Source: Gemmatimonadota bacterium
Lineage (GTDB): Bacteria; Latescibacterota; UBA2968; UBA8231
Direction of reading: 5' to 3'
Length of the DNA: 55,092 bases
Assembly: GCA_038128265.1 (NCBI GenBank)
Contig: JAYPJE010000027.1
Coordinates: 1-55,092, forward strand
In this document: one piece after another, positions 41,771 through 50,718 of the stretch
Layout of the letters: each line of letters opens with the position of its first letter
How positions within the stretch are numbered: the stretch's first letter is position 1
The notes under the pieces: generated by a model
Told to the model about the DNA's origin: nothing
The model's input: only the letters and a program-made list of their open reading frames with translations
Database searches by the model: none
Program-made: the position numbers and the translations under genes

Positions 41771-43045
41771 TCAATCTTTGGGAATCTTAATGGTAAAGGT
41801 CGTCCCCTGGTCTGGTTCGCTATTGACCAGCAGCTGGCCGCCGTGTTTCTCAACGATGATTTGATAGGCCATACTGAGTCCCAGGCCCGTCCCTTCGCCG
41901 ACCTTCTTCGTGGTAAAGAACGGCTCGAAAATACGCTTTTGCACCTCCGGCGGCATGCCGTGCCCGTTGTCGGCAATCTCCACGCATACGTGGCTTTCCT
42001 CTTCGTAGGTGCGAATGCGTATTAGGCCCCCTTCTTCGATGGCGTGTCCAGCATTGACCAGCAGATTCATAAAGACCTGGTTGAGTTCCTGCATAAAGCA
42101 GGACACCTGGACAATTTGGCCGTACTGCTTGTCGATGGTTGCCTTGTACTTGAGTTCATTCCAAACGATGTTGAGCGTGCTTTCGATGCCTGCGTTTATA
42201 TCGGCGGGCATTTTTTCTTCGCGCCCCACGTGGGAGAACTCTTTCAGGTTGAGAACAATTTTGCGCACGCGATCGGCGCCCTCGCGCGACTCCTGCACGA
42301 GATCGCCTATGTCATCCAATAGATAGGATAGATCGATGCGCTCCTTTTCGCCCGTGACCGCCGTTAGGCGTTCGTTTGCCGTGGTTAGATCGCCCTTTTC
42401 GACGGCTTCTTCGAGCGCGCCATAGGCGGTAAACAGGCCGGTAATGTCTTCCATATACTCGGCCAGCGTACCCAGGTTGCTGTATATGAAACCCATTGGG
42501 TTATTGATCTCGTGTGCCACACCAGCGGCCAGTTGACCAATGGAGGCCATTTTTTCCGACTGCAGCAGTTGCGATTCGAGAAGCTTATAGGTCGACAGGT
42601 CGAGCGCTACGCAAACCACGCCCGTTAGTTGGCCCTCGGCATAGAGGCCGGAGCTCGAAAAGAGCACGGGAATGGAGTCGCCTGCCTTGGTGCGATACTT
42701 GGCCTCGTTGCGCGGGGCCGCATTGGTCAAATTGGCGATTGCTCCCAGGTCGATGCTGCTGTCGGGTGCACCTAAACTGCTCAGCGGCTGTCCGAGCAGC
42801 TCCGTGCGATCGTAGCCGAGCATGTCGAGCGTAGTCTCGTTCGCCGATTGGATAATGCCCTGGGCATCGGCGACTACGAGGCTCGAGAGCATTGAGTTGA
42901 TTACGTTCTCGAAGTCGTCGCGCGTTTTTTCTACCTGCTGGTTGGCCGCGGAGAGCAGGTGGCTTTTGTCTTCGACTTCCCGCTGTAAGCGCTGGATTTT
43001 TTCTTCGGCCTGTGCCAGGCGTTTGGCGAGTGCGCTCTCTTCCAT
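41771..43045 (-). CDS. Cytoplasmic PAS histidine kinase
   Basis: N-terminal coiled coil, PAS (SANETTLDMLGY...ELLGQ), EKMASIGQLAAGVAHEINNP, FFTTKKVGEGTGLGL. Start most likely ATG 43045 behind GGAG. Confidence 0.93.
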   Translation of the reverse strand: MEESALAKRLAQAEEKIQRLQREVEDKSHLLSAANQQVEKTRDDFENVINSMLSSLVVADAQGIIQSANETTLDMLGYDRTELLGQPLSSLGAPDSSIDLGAIANLTNAAPRNEAKYRTKAGDSIPVLFSSSGLYAEGQLTGVVCVALDLSTYKLLESQLLQSEKMASIGQLAAGVAHEINNPMGFIYSNLGTLAEYMEDITGLFTAYGALEEAVEKGDLTTANERLTAVTGEKERIDLSYLLDDIGDLVQESREGADRVRKIVLNLKEFSHVGREEKMPADINAGIESTLNIVWNELKYKATIDKQYGQIVQVSCFMQELNQVFMNLLVNAGHAIEEGGLIRIRTYEEESHVCVEIADNGHGMPPEVQKRIFEPFFTTKKVGEGTGLGLSMAYQIIVEKHGGQLLVNSEPDQGTTFTIKIPKD

Positions 43046-43262
43046 TTTCATACACTCCAGATGCAAAAATGAGGTACCAGACCCATCGACCCATGCGCGG
43101 AGGCAGGGGCCAAATACGCGGAGCGCGAGTGGCCGGTTGGGCGGGCGCGCTTTGCCAAATTAAAGTATCTAAACTGCGGCAAATCGCAAAGTGAAAGGAG
43201 CGATTGGTCGGGTGCGCCGGCGGGCATAGTAGGAGCCGCGGGTGCAGCAGTCTATGCGTTGA

Positions 43263-43835
43263 TCACGGATAATATGCTGTGCAGAGTCGAGAGGGGAGCG
43301 CGTTCCACCACGATGCGGTGGCATCAACCCGCAGCAGGTGAGTTTGGCCGGGCGCGTCGCCGGCGCCCAAGCCGCGAGCAAAGGCCACGCAGTGCGGATC
43401 GTCAGCCAGTAGGGCGGAGAGTGCGCGCTCTAGGGGCGCGTCGGCATACAGGAGGTAGGCCGCGCGGAGGCAGGCGCTTGGGTGGTCGAGTAAATAATCG
43501 ACGTTCCAATGGAGTGTTTTACTCGGTATGCGCTTGCTCTGAGTCGGCCCACACAGGCCGTGTTCGATAAAGTGTTTCAACAGCAGTGCGCGGAGTGCGT
43601 GCGGTGGGCGTCCATTGCAGCGTGCAGCGTGGCGCAGCAGGCGGCTCGCTAGTGAAGATGCGCCCGCGTTGCCCATGGCCGAGCCGATATAGACATAGCT
43701 GGCCGCCTGCAGGGCGATGGGACGACCGCCGGCAAAGCGCCCGAACGCGAGGTGTGCGGCGCGCACCAGGTCAATGCGCAGTAGGTAGCTGCCGCGCGGC
43801 TGTGCACAACCGAAGCAACGGATGAGAGGGGGCAA
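43263..43835 (-). CDS. DUF123 / GIY-YIG (Uri) nuclease-family protein
   Basis: GSYLL, YVYIGSA.G, L..RL.RH, K..HWNVDYLL, E, GxGA.D. Confidence 0.8.
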   Translation of the reverse strand: MPPLIRCFGCAQPRGSYLLRIDLVRAAHLAFGRFAGGRPIALQAASYVYIGSAMGNAGASSLASRLLRHAARCNGRPPHALRALLLKHFIEHGLCGPTQSKRIPSKTLHWNVDYLLDHPSACLRAAYLLYADAPLERALSALLADDPHCVAFARGLGAGDAPGQTHLLRVDATASWWNALPSRLCTAYYP

Positions 43836-43852
43836 TGGAGGCGCAGAATGCC

Positions 43853-46009
43853 CTAGATCGATCGGTGAGCTACGTGCTCTTCTTCCAAGTAGAACGCCGA
43901 GCGCTTGATTTCCTTGGAAACCATAAAAATGGCGTCGCCAATGTCAATTTCTACGCCAGAGTGCACCGTGCCGGCGATTTCGATGGTCGCACCTTCGGCA
44001 ACCTCGGCATTTTTCTCGATCAGCGGTTCCATGTCGGTGTTCACCTTTTCGCGCAGCTCGGCCATCTCATACAGTTTGTCGACCGCTTCTGAAATCATCG
44101 CCTTGCGTGCGTTAGGGGCCTGGCGAATCAAATTTTTCAGACGTTCGACATCGATAGAGTCGACGCCTAAAGAGTGCAGCTGGCGATCGATGGAGACGTC
44201 CAGTTCGCGCAGCTGCTTGCGCAGCTTGGCGAGTTTGATAGCGGAAACGGGGTCCGCGTTAAGGCCTATAATCGTGCCGGCAGTCGTCGAGGAGCCGATC
44301 TGAGTTGCCTGAATTGACTGGGCGGCAAAGACCTCGCCGCCGACGATGCTGCCGCCGCGCTTGCCGCCGCCGGTGTGGACGGCTATTTGCCCGCCGCAGC
44401 GCACCTGAGCATTGAAGATGTAGCTGCCAATTTCTATGCCTTCCTTGGCCAATACGGCGGCGTTTTGAATAAACTTACACTGCACGGTGCCCATGGAAAT
44501 CAGGCCGCGCGCCACCACATTTGTGTGCTCGCCGACGATGCCCTGCGCGACGATGACATCGCCCTGAGCTACGACGGTGGCGCCGGGCTCTATGGAGCCG
44601 CCAATTGTAATGGTGCCGCCCGACTCAACGGTGAAGCCCGAGCGCACCGTGCCGGCGATTTGCACGTCGATGGGCGTGTCGATATTGCCCGTCTCGTAGT
44701 CGACGTCGCCGCTGATGACGTAGAGCGGTTTGACGTGTAGCGTATCGCCCGCTACGTGCGCGTTGCCTTCGACGGTAGCGTAAAAGGCGGTAGGAGGGTC
44801 GCCTTCGGCGCGCACGTTCTCTCCCGCCTTGTAGACGTACTCCGTGCCGTCGGTCGCGGGCAGCTCTTCGCCAAAAATCGTATAGCCCTTCAGGCCTTCA
44901 GTCGCCGGGTGCACGGTGGCTAACTGCTGGTCCTCGGCCACGCCAATAACCAGGTTGCGCTCGCGAAAGTCGATGCTGCCATCGGGTAGGATCGTGCCGG
45001 CGCGCTTCTCCGGATCAAACGTGTATTCGATGCGCGTGTCCTCGCCGTTCATGGCTTTGCTCCCACGGGCAAGCGTCAAATAGCGCTTGCGCCTGGGCGA
45101 GAGCCGTTTTGAACAGAGCTTTTCCACCGCTCGGTCGTCGGTGCCTTGGCTCACGCCGGCTTGGGCGATCATGGCGTGCACCATTTCGGGTGTCGGCAGG
45201 GGCGGTTTGGCCAGCAGTTCGAGGTGTATGTAGACCGCGCGCATGGCGTCGGCCGATAGCCACAGGGCCGGTGCGATAGAGAGCTCGTTGTCGTTCAGAC
45301 CTAGGTAGCCGTATGCTTCGGCGATAACGGCATCTTCTTCGATGCGCACGTGCGCGCCGGCTTCTATGGGCGCTTGGCGGCCGGACACGTTGAGTTCTTC
45401 GCCGAAGAGATTGCGTCCCGGCTTGCCGGGGGTCGGCGGATGGATGCGCGCAAGAACTTGGTCTGGGGCTACGATGATGCCGCGCGCATCGCTTTTCATT
45501 ACGGCTTCTAGGGGCTGTTGGCGTATGGCCGCATGCACCCGAAACGCTTCGGTCAAGCGCTCTTCGCTCAGTCCTTTTGACCATTCCAAGCGGCCGTCGT
45601 CACCGGGTATTGCGCTGGTGGCGCGCGCTATGACCTGATTGCACTTCATCACGCTGTGCGGCTTTGTCAGCGCGCGGCCCAGCACGGCGACAATCGCCTC
45701 CTCATCGATGCCGTGTTCGATGTTGTAGTGCTCGGTCAGCGCCTGGGCGATGTCGCTCGGCGTTAAATCCGTATCGCCTCCGGGTGCCAACTGGGTCAGC
45801 GTGGCCGACGTGCCGCGCTCGCTGACGCGCACGGACATCCACGTGGCAGGTCCCTGTCCAAAGCTCTGGCGTTCATCAGACGGCGCATTCTCCCCGCCGT
45901 CTTGGTCGCCGCTGCGTTCCAAGAAGCGCTCATCGAGGCTGGCAGCACCTTTGTCACTCCGCGCGCGCGCGCGTCTGCTCGGCTGTATCATAGCTGGTCC
46001 GCTTTGCAA
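43853..46009 (-). CDS. FapA/DUF342 family protein (second long paralogue; start uncertain)
   Basis: Same architecture as 35504-37672: ERQSFG..P..WM, GSIDFRERN, SGDVDYETGNIDTP, RGGSIVGGE. Confidence 0.88.
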   Translation of the reverse strand: MQSGPAMIQPSRRARARSDKGAASLDERFLERSGDQDGGENAPSDERQSFGQGPATWMSVRVSERGTSATLTQLAPGGDTDLTPSDIAQALTEHYNIEHGIDEEAIVAVLGRALTKPHSVMKCNQVIARATSAIPGDDGRLEWSKGLSEERLTEAFRVHAAIRQQPLEAVMKSDARGIIVAPDQVLARIHPPTPGKPGRNLFGEELNVSGRQAPIEAGAHVRIEEDAVIAEAYGYLGLNDNELSIAPALWLSADAMRAVYIHLELLAKPPLPTPEMVHAMIAQAGVSQGTDDRAVEKLCSKRLSPRRKRYLTLARGSKAMNGEDTRIEYTFDPEKRAGTILPDGSIDFRERNLVIGVAEDQQLATVHPATEGLKGYTIFGEELPATDGTEYVYKAGENVRAEGDPPTAFYATVEGNAHVAGDTLHVKPLYVISGDVDYETGNIDTPIDVQIAGTVRSGFTVESGGTITIGGSIEPGATVVAQGDVIVAQGIVGEHTNVVARGLISMGTVQCKFIQNAAVLAKEGIEIGSYIFNAQVRCGGQIAVHTGGGKRGGSIVGGEVFAAQSIQATQIGSSTTAGTIIGLNADPVSAIKLAKLRKQLRELDVSIDRQLHSLGVDSIDVERLKNLIRQAPNARKAMISEAVDKLYEMAELREKVNTDMEPLIEKNAEVAEGATIEIAGTVHSGVEIDIGDAIFMVSKEIKRSAFYLEEEHVAHRSI

Positions 46010-46085
46010 TGAGGCTAAATGCCTTAGGGAGACATCGTGGGCTCCTTCCTGCTAATATACAAACTCAGGTGTGTCAAAGCACTAA

Positions 46086-46736
46086 TTATCTGTTTTCTGT
46101 TTTGACCCTATAGGAATGCAGCACGCGGCGGACGAGCCCTTCGAGCGGTTGTGCGCCGGAAATCGTGCAGTGGGCGCGTTCTTTAGTGGGTATAACATAC
46201 TGTTTTGTCATGGGATAGACTTGCTCAAAAAATTGGCGGCGAATGGCCTCTGCGCTGCGGCCGCGCTCTGCCGCGTCGCGGTTTAGTCTGCGTTGGAGGC
46301 AAAGGTCTGCGTCGGCATCGACATACAGGCGATAGGTGTAGAGAGGCAATAGTTGATGAAAGTGAAGGGAAAAAAGGCCCTCTACGACGATGTGTGCAGC
46401 CGGCTCAATGCGCCGCGTATGCGCGCTGCGGGAGTGCGTGACAAAGTCGTAGATGGGCGCGTCTACGGGCAGGCCGCTGGCCAGGTGGCTCAGGTGGGCA
46501 CACAGCAGGTCTGCGTCAAGGGCTTGCGGCGCGTCGAAATTGCAGCGTGCGCGCTGGTCGGCCGGCAGGTGGGCTCGGCAAGCGTAATAGGCGTCAAGCG
46601 GAACGTGCACGGCACTGGGTAAAGCCGCCACAAGCGCGCGTGCCAGCGCTGTTTTGCCGGCGCAGGACGGTCCGGCGATGGCAAGTAGGTGGGGTCTGGC
46701 CCTAGCGGCGCTCGTGCAGGAAGCGGCGGAACCCAT
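46086..46736 (-). CDS. udk: Uridine kinase family protein
   Basis: IAGPSCAGKT, LDAYY, NFDAPQALD, PIYDFVTHSR, VEGLF, RRLNRDAAERGRS, YVIPTK. Confidence 0.88.
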   Translation of the reverse strand: MGSAASCTSAARARPHLLAIAGPSCAGKTALARALVAALPSAVHVPLDAYYACRAHLPADQRARCNFDAPQALDADLLCAHLSHLASGLPVDAPIYDFVTHSRSAHTRRIEPAAHIVVEGLFSLHFHQLLPLYTYRLYVDADADLCLQRRLNRDAAERGRSAEAIRRQFFEQVYPMTKQYVIPTKERAHCTISGAQPLEGLVRRVLHSYRVKTENR

Positions 46737-48420
46737 CTATATCGAGCGCGTTGAGCACGTCTTGGGGCCCCAGCCACCCTTTGCGCGCACAGCCGATGCC
46801 GTAGGTGAGGTGATCGAGGCCCGTCGTGCGGTGCGCATCGGTATTGACGCTGAGGATGACGCCGGCCTGCTGTGCTTTGCGCACGTGGCGCCAGTCGAGG
46901 TCCAGGCGTGCGGGATGGGCGTTGATCTCAATGCTGACGCGGTGCTGGGCAGCGGCTGCAAAGATCGCCTCAAAGTCGAGGTCGTAGCCCTCGCGGTCGA
47001 GCAGCAGGCGGCCGGTTAGATGGCCGATGATGGTGGTAGCTGGATGTTCAATGGCGCGGACAAAGCGCTGCGTCATGGCGTCGCGGTCGAGGTTGAACTG
47101 CGAGTGCACGGAGGCGACGACAAAGTCGAATTGTTCCAGTATGGAATCTTCGTAGTCGAGCGAGCCGTCGGCGAGGATGTCCGACTCAATACCCTTGAAA
47201 ATGTGAAACGGGGCCAGCCCTTCGTTGAGCGCGTCGATCTCGTCCCACTGGCGTTTGACGGCGTCGACCTTTAGACCGCCGGCGTAGGCGGCCGACTGGC
47301 TGTGGTCGGCCATGCCCATATAGGGGTAACCCCGCTCTTGTACTGCGGCAGCCATGGCGGCGATGGAGTCGGCGCCGTCGCTGTAGGTCGAATGCAGGTG
47401 CAGCATGCCGCAGATATCGCTGGCGGAAACCAGCGCGGGCAGTTGACCCTCGGCCGCTGCGTCAATCTCGCCCAGTCCCTCGCGCAGCTCCGGCGCGATA
47501 TAGTCGAGGCCGAGCGCGCGGAAAAAGGCTTCTTCGTCGGCGCATTCAATGCGTTCATCGCCCCTAAAAAGGCCGTACTCGTTGATCTTGAGCCCCATGT
47601 CATTGGCGCGCGCCCGCAGCGCGACGTTGTGATCCTTGCTGCCGGTAAAGTGGTGCAGCACATAGGGAAATTCATCGTCGGCAACGACGCGCAAATCGGC
47701 CTGTATGCCGTCGTGCAGGCGCACCGCGCTCTTGGTAGGGCCTTGCTGCAGCACCTCGGCGACCGATTCATGCTCGGCAAAGAGGGCGCTGCTGGCTTCG
47801 GGGTCGCTCGAACTGAGCACAAAATCGATGTCCTTAACCGTTTCGCGCCGGCGGCGCAGCGAGCCGGCCGCTTCTACGCGCATCGTGGCCGGGTGGGCGC
47901 GCAGTGCCTCGAGCAGGGGCTGCGCGCTCTGGCGCGCCCTATCGGCGCGCGAACGGTCCTGGTAGCGGCGAATGTGCTCGATCCCCTTGAGGATATTGTC
48001 CTGGGTCTTCTTGCCAAAGCCCTTCAGGCCGCCCAGTCGGCCGTCGCGGCAAGCTGCCGCCAGCGCCTCGAGGTCTTCGATGCCCAGCGCACTGCGAATG
48101 GCGTTGATCTTGCGGGGCCCCAGGCCGGGCACGCGCAGCATATCGAGCAAGCCCTGCGGGACTTCGGCGCGCAGCTTTTCGTAGGCCTGCGCCGTGCCGT
48201 GCTCGGCGTATTCGCCAATTAGGGCGGCCACGCTCTTGCCGATGCCCTTGATTTCGGTGAGGGCGTCGCGGGCGATGTACTCTTCGAGGTCGCCGTCGAA
48301 GTGTTCGATGGTGCGCACGGCATTGGCATAGGCGCGCGTGCGAAAAGCGTCGGCACCGCTCAGCTCGAGGAGCGTGCAGTGTTGGTCGAGGAAGTCGGCT
48401 ATCTCGCGCGCACTTTTCAC
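46702..48420 (-). CDS. polX: DNA polymerase X with C-terminal PHP domain
   Basis: FRTRAY, HhH motifs (IKGIG, VPGLGP, LKGFG), AGSLRR..ETVKDID, HFTGSK.HN; PHP HLHSTYSDG, EINAHP.RLD, NTDAH. GTG start overlaps the cysQ stop. Confidence 0.95.
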   Translation of the reverse strand: MKSAREIADFLDQHCTLLELSGADAFRTRAYANAVRTIEHFDGDLEEYIARDALTEIKGIGKSVAALIGEYAEHGTAQAYEKLRAEVPQGLLDMLRVPGLGPRKINAIRSALGIEDLEALAAACRDGRLGGLKGFGKKTQDNILKGIEHIRRYQDRSRADRARQSAQPLLEALRAHPATMRVEAAGSLRRRRETVKDIDFVLSSSDPEASSALFAEHESVAEVLQQGPTKSAVRLHDGIQADLRVVADDEFPYVLHHFTGSKDHNVALRARANDMGLKINEYGLFRGDERIECADEEAFFRALGLDYIAPELREGLGEIDAAAEGQLPALVSASDICGMLHLHSTYSDGADSIAAMAAAVQERGYPYMGMADHSQSAAYAGGLKVDAVKRQWDEIDALNEGLAPFHIFKGIESDILADGSLDYEDSILEQFDFVVASVHSQFNLDRDAMTQRFVRAIEHPATTIIGHLTGRLLLDREGYDLDFEAIFAAAAQHRVSIEINAHPARLDLDWRHVRKAQQAGVILSVNTDAHRTTGLDHLTYGIGCARKGWLGPQDVLNALDIDGFRRFLHERR

Positions 48421-49205
48421 GGGCTGACCTCGCCGATTAACTGCAGCATCTGCCCGGTCAGGGCCTCGTTGCCGGCGACTAGGCCGCCGCGCAGGAGGGG
48501 ATCCGGCTGGTTGTAGACGCGTTGTCGCCCGTCTAAATCGAGCATGTGTCCGCCCGCTTCGCGCACCAGCAGGTCGCCGGCACAGACGTCCCACTCGTTT
48601 TTGCTCTGCACGCTAAAGTTGAAATCGCAGGCACCGGCGGCAACCAGCGCCAATTTATAGGCCACGCTGCCGACCGGCGTTATCGCGCCTAGGTGCGGGC
48701 GGTAGGGGTCAATTTCGCCGCGCTTGTCCTCGCTGCGGCTGACGATCGACGTGGATTTCGACAGGTCGTCTTGCTCGGAGCAAAACACCCGCTTGCCATT
48801 GAGAAAGGTGCCGCCGTTGCGCACGGCCGCGTAGAGGTCGTCCTTGGCTGGATTGAAGATGACGCCAACGCAGGGCACGCCGCGCTCGACCAGTGCGACG
48901 CAGACGACGTATTCGGGCAGGCCCTCGACAAATTCGCGCGTGCCGTCGATCGGGTCGACGATCCAGGTCTTCTCACAGCCTAGTCGCGCGCCGTCGTCGA
49001 CCGTTTCTTCGGAGAGCCAGCCGTAGTCGGGACGCGCCTCGAGCAGGCGCTCTTTGAGCAGGGCATTGGAGGCCAGGTCGGCCGTAGTCAGCGGGTCGCC
49101 GCCGCCCTTGTCTTCAACGGCGTAGGCGCCGCCGAAATACTCTAGCGTGCGGGCGCCGGCCTGGCGCGCAGCGTCCATGGCCAGCTCTAAATCGGCGTGT
49201 ATCAA
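48417..49205 (-). CDS. cysQ: 3'(2'),5'-bisphosphate nucleotidase CysQ / inositol monophosphatase family
   Basis: PLTTAD, WLSEE, WIVDPIDGTREF, GSVAYK, EWDVCAG. Start placed at TTG 49205. Confidence 0.88.
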   Translation of the reverse strand: MIHADLELAMDAARQAGARTLEYFGGAYAVEDKGGGDPLTTADLASNALLKERLLEARPDYGWLSEETVDDGARLGCEKTWIVDPIDGTREFVEGLPEYVVCVALVERGVPCVGVIFNPAKDDLYAAVRNGGTFLNGKRVFCSEQDDLSKSTSIVSRSEDKRGEIDPYRPHLGAITPVGSVAYKLALVAAGACDFNFSVQSKNEWDVCAGDLLVREAGGHMLDLDGRQRVYNQPDPLLRGGLVAGNEALTGQMLQLIGEVSP

Positions 49206-49239
49206 AAGGCATTGTCCGAGTCGGGTATGTGCGCGGCTG

Positions 49240-49268
49240 AAAATAGGGGATGCGGCCAGCGCGGGCAA
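49240..49268 (-). promoter_or_regulatory. Putative sigma70 promoter of cysQ-polX-udk
   Basis: Minus strand TTGCCC-N17-TATTTT. Confidence 0.45.
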
Positions 49269-49291
49269 TGCTTGGTAGGGGATGGACAGTA

Positions 49292-49431
49292 CAAAAAAAG
49301 TCCCCACGTCCCTGTGGGGGTTAAGCCAACGTCCCTGTCGGCTGGATATGCGCCGCCGTGCGCCGAACGCATGTCCTTTTAACCCGTTTATCGGCAAATT
49401 GCCCATCCTCTCCAGCGCTCTTTTTAACGGG
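49292..49431 (-). ncRNA. Candidate structured small RNA with two ACAGGGACGU hairpins (Csr/Rsm-type sites) and a U7 tail
   Basis: Consecutive stems, two identical AGGGAC loops, terminal hairpin followed by 7 T on the minus strand. The 5' end is uncertain. Confidence 0.5.
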
Positions 49432-49439
49432 GCCTCACC

Positions 49440-49468
49440 TTGACATATGGAGGGGTCAAAAGTAGATT
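49440..49468 (+). promoter_or_regulatory. Putative sigma70 promoter of the 49510 gene
   Basis: TTGACA-N17-TAGATT; the -35 box is half of a TTGAC-N10-GTCAA inverted repeat. Confidence 0.6.
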
Positions 49469-49509
49469 GAAAACACACCACTTAACCATTTTCCAAACGC
49501 AGAAACTGA

Positions 49510-50160
49510 GTGCTGATGAGATCGATTATGCGATATATTGCGCTCTCTATTGCGACGCTGCTGGCCGCTGTGCCGGAGGGCGCAGAGGCGCAATTGGAGG
49601 CCGACCAGGTGCGCACCCTACTCGAGGAACTGCGGTCCGACAATCTGTGGGGCGAAGCCGTGCTGACCGGCGGTCAGGTGCGCTCCATACAGGTTCGCGA
49701 AATGGCCGAGGATAGCGTGCATGTCACCGAGGTATACGGCGCGCTGCAGCGCCGTCAGGCTACCTATGCCGTGGCCGATTTCAGCGCCCTGCGCACGCTG
49801 GGCAGCGAGCGCATACAGACGCGCCGGGCCGCCTATGGACACAGCAAGTCCATGCTGAGCGCGCTGCTATTGGAAGCCGTGGTGCCCGGTGGGGGCTATC
49901 TCTACATCGGCGAAACGCGCCAGGCGCTGGTCCTGTGGGGACTGACGGGCGTGGCCGCGGCCACGGCCGTTGCTACCGGCGAAGACGGGGCGGCCGGCTG
50001 GGCGCCCCTGTCGGCGTGGATCAAGGTGGCCTCGCTCTTTCAGCTGCGCGACAAGGTGCGGGCGATCAACGCCAACGCCGTAGCCTGGCGCGTCGACGTC
50101 GGCGCGATAGCCGGTCGGCAGGGCACGGTGCCGGCTCTGAGCCTGCGCGTCGACTTCTAA
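49510..50160 (+). CDS. Hypothetical exported/membrane protein (start may be ATG 49528)
   Basis: Signal peptide, KS...ALLL..VVPGGGYLYIG (TM2/DUF5683-like motif), C-terminal alternating strand ending in Phe. Confidence 0.7.
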   Translation: MLMRSIMRYIALSIATLLAAVPEGAEAQLEADQVRTLLEELRSDNLWGEAVLTGGQVRSIQVREMAEDSVHVTEVYGALQRRQATYAVADFSALRTLGSERIQTRRAAYGHSKSMLSALLLEAVVPGGGYLYIGETRQALVLWGLTGVAAATAVATGEDGAAGWAPLSAWIKVASLFQLRDKVRAINANAVAWRVDVGAIAGRQGTVPALSLRVDF

Positions 50161-50219
50161 AGAGACCATCGCCGCGCGCAAGGTGGATGAACAATAAGCA
50201 AGCCAACGGGGAGTTTCTC

Positions 50220-50642
<423 letters not shown>

Positions 50643-50669
50643 ACGCACAGATATTTAGATGGAATGAGC

Positions 50670-50704
50670 GCGGGGTCGGTTGCTACTGTGGCAACCGACC
50701 CCGC
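50670..50704. terminator. GC-rich hairpin between convergent genes
   Basis: Perfect 14-bp stem gcggggtcggttgc / gcaaccgaccccgc; U-tract weak. Confidence 0.65.
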
Positions 50705-50718
50705 TGCTGTTTGTGGAT

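Noticed and set aside
47302..48222. 306-aa plus-strand ORF
   Set aside because: Antisense shadow of polX, expected in GC-rich DNA.
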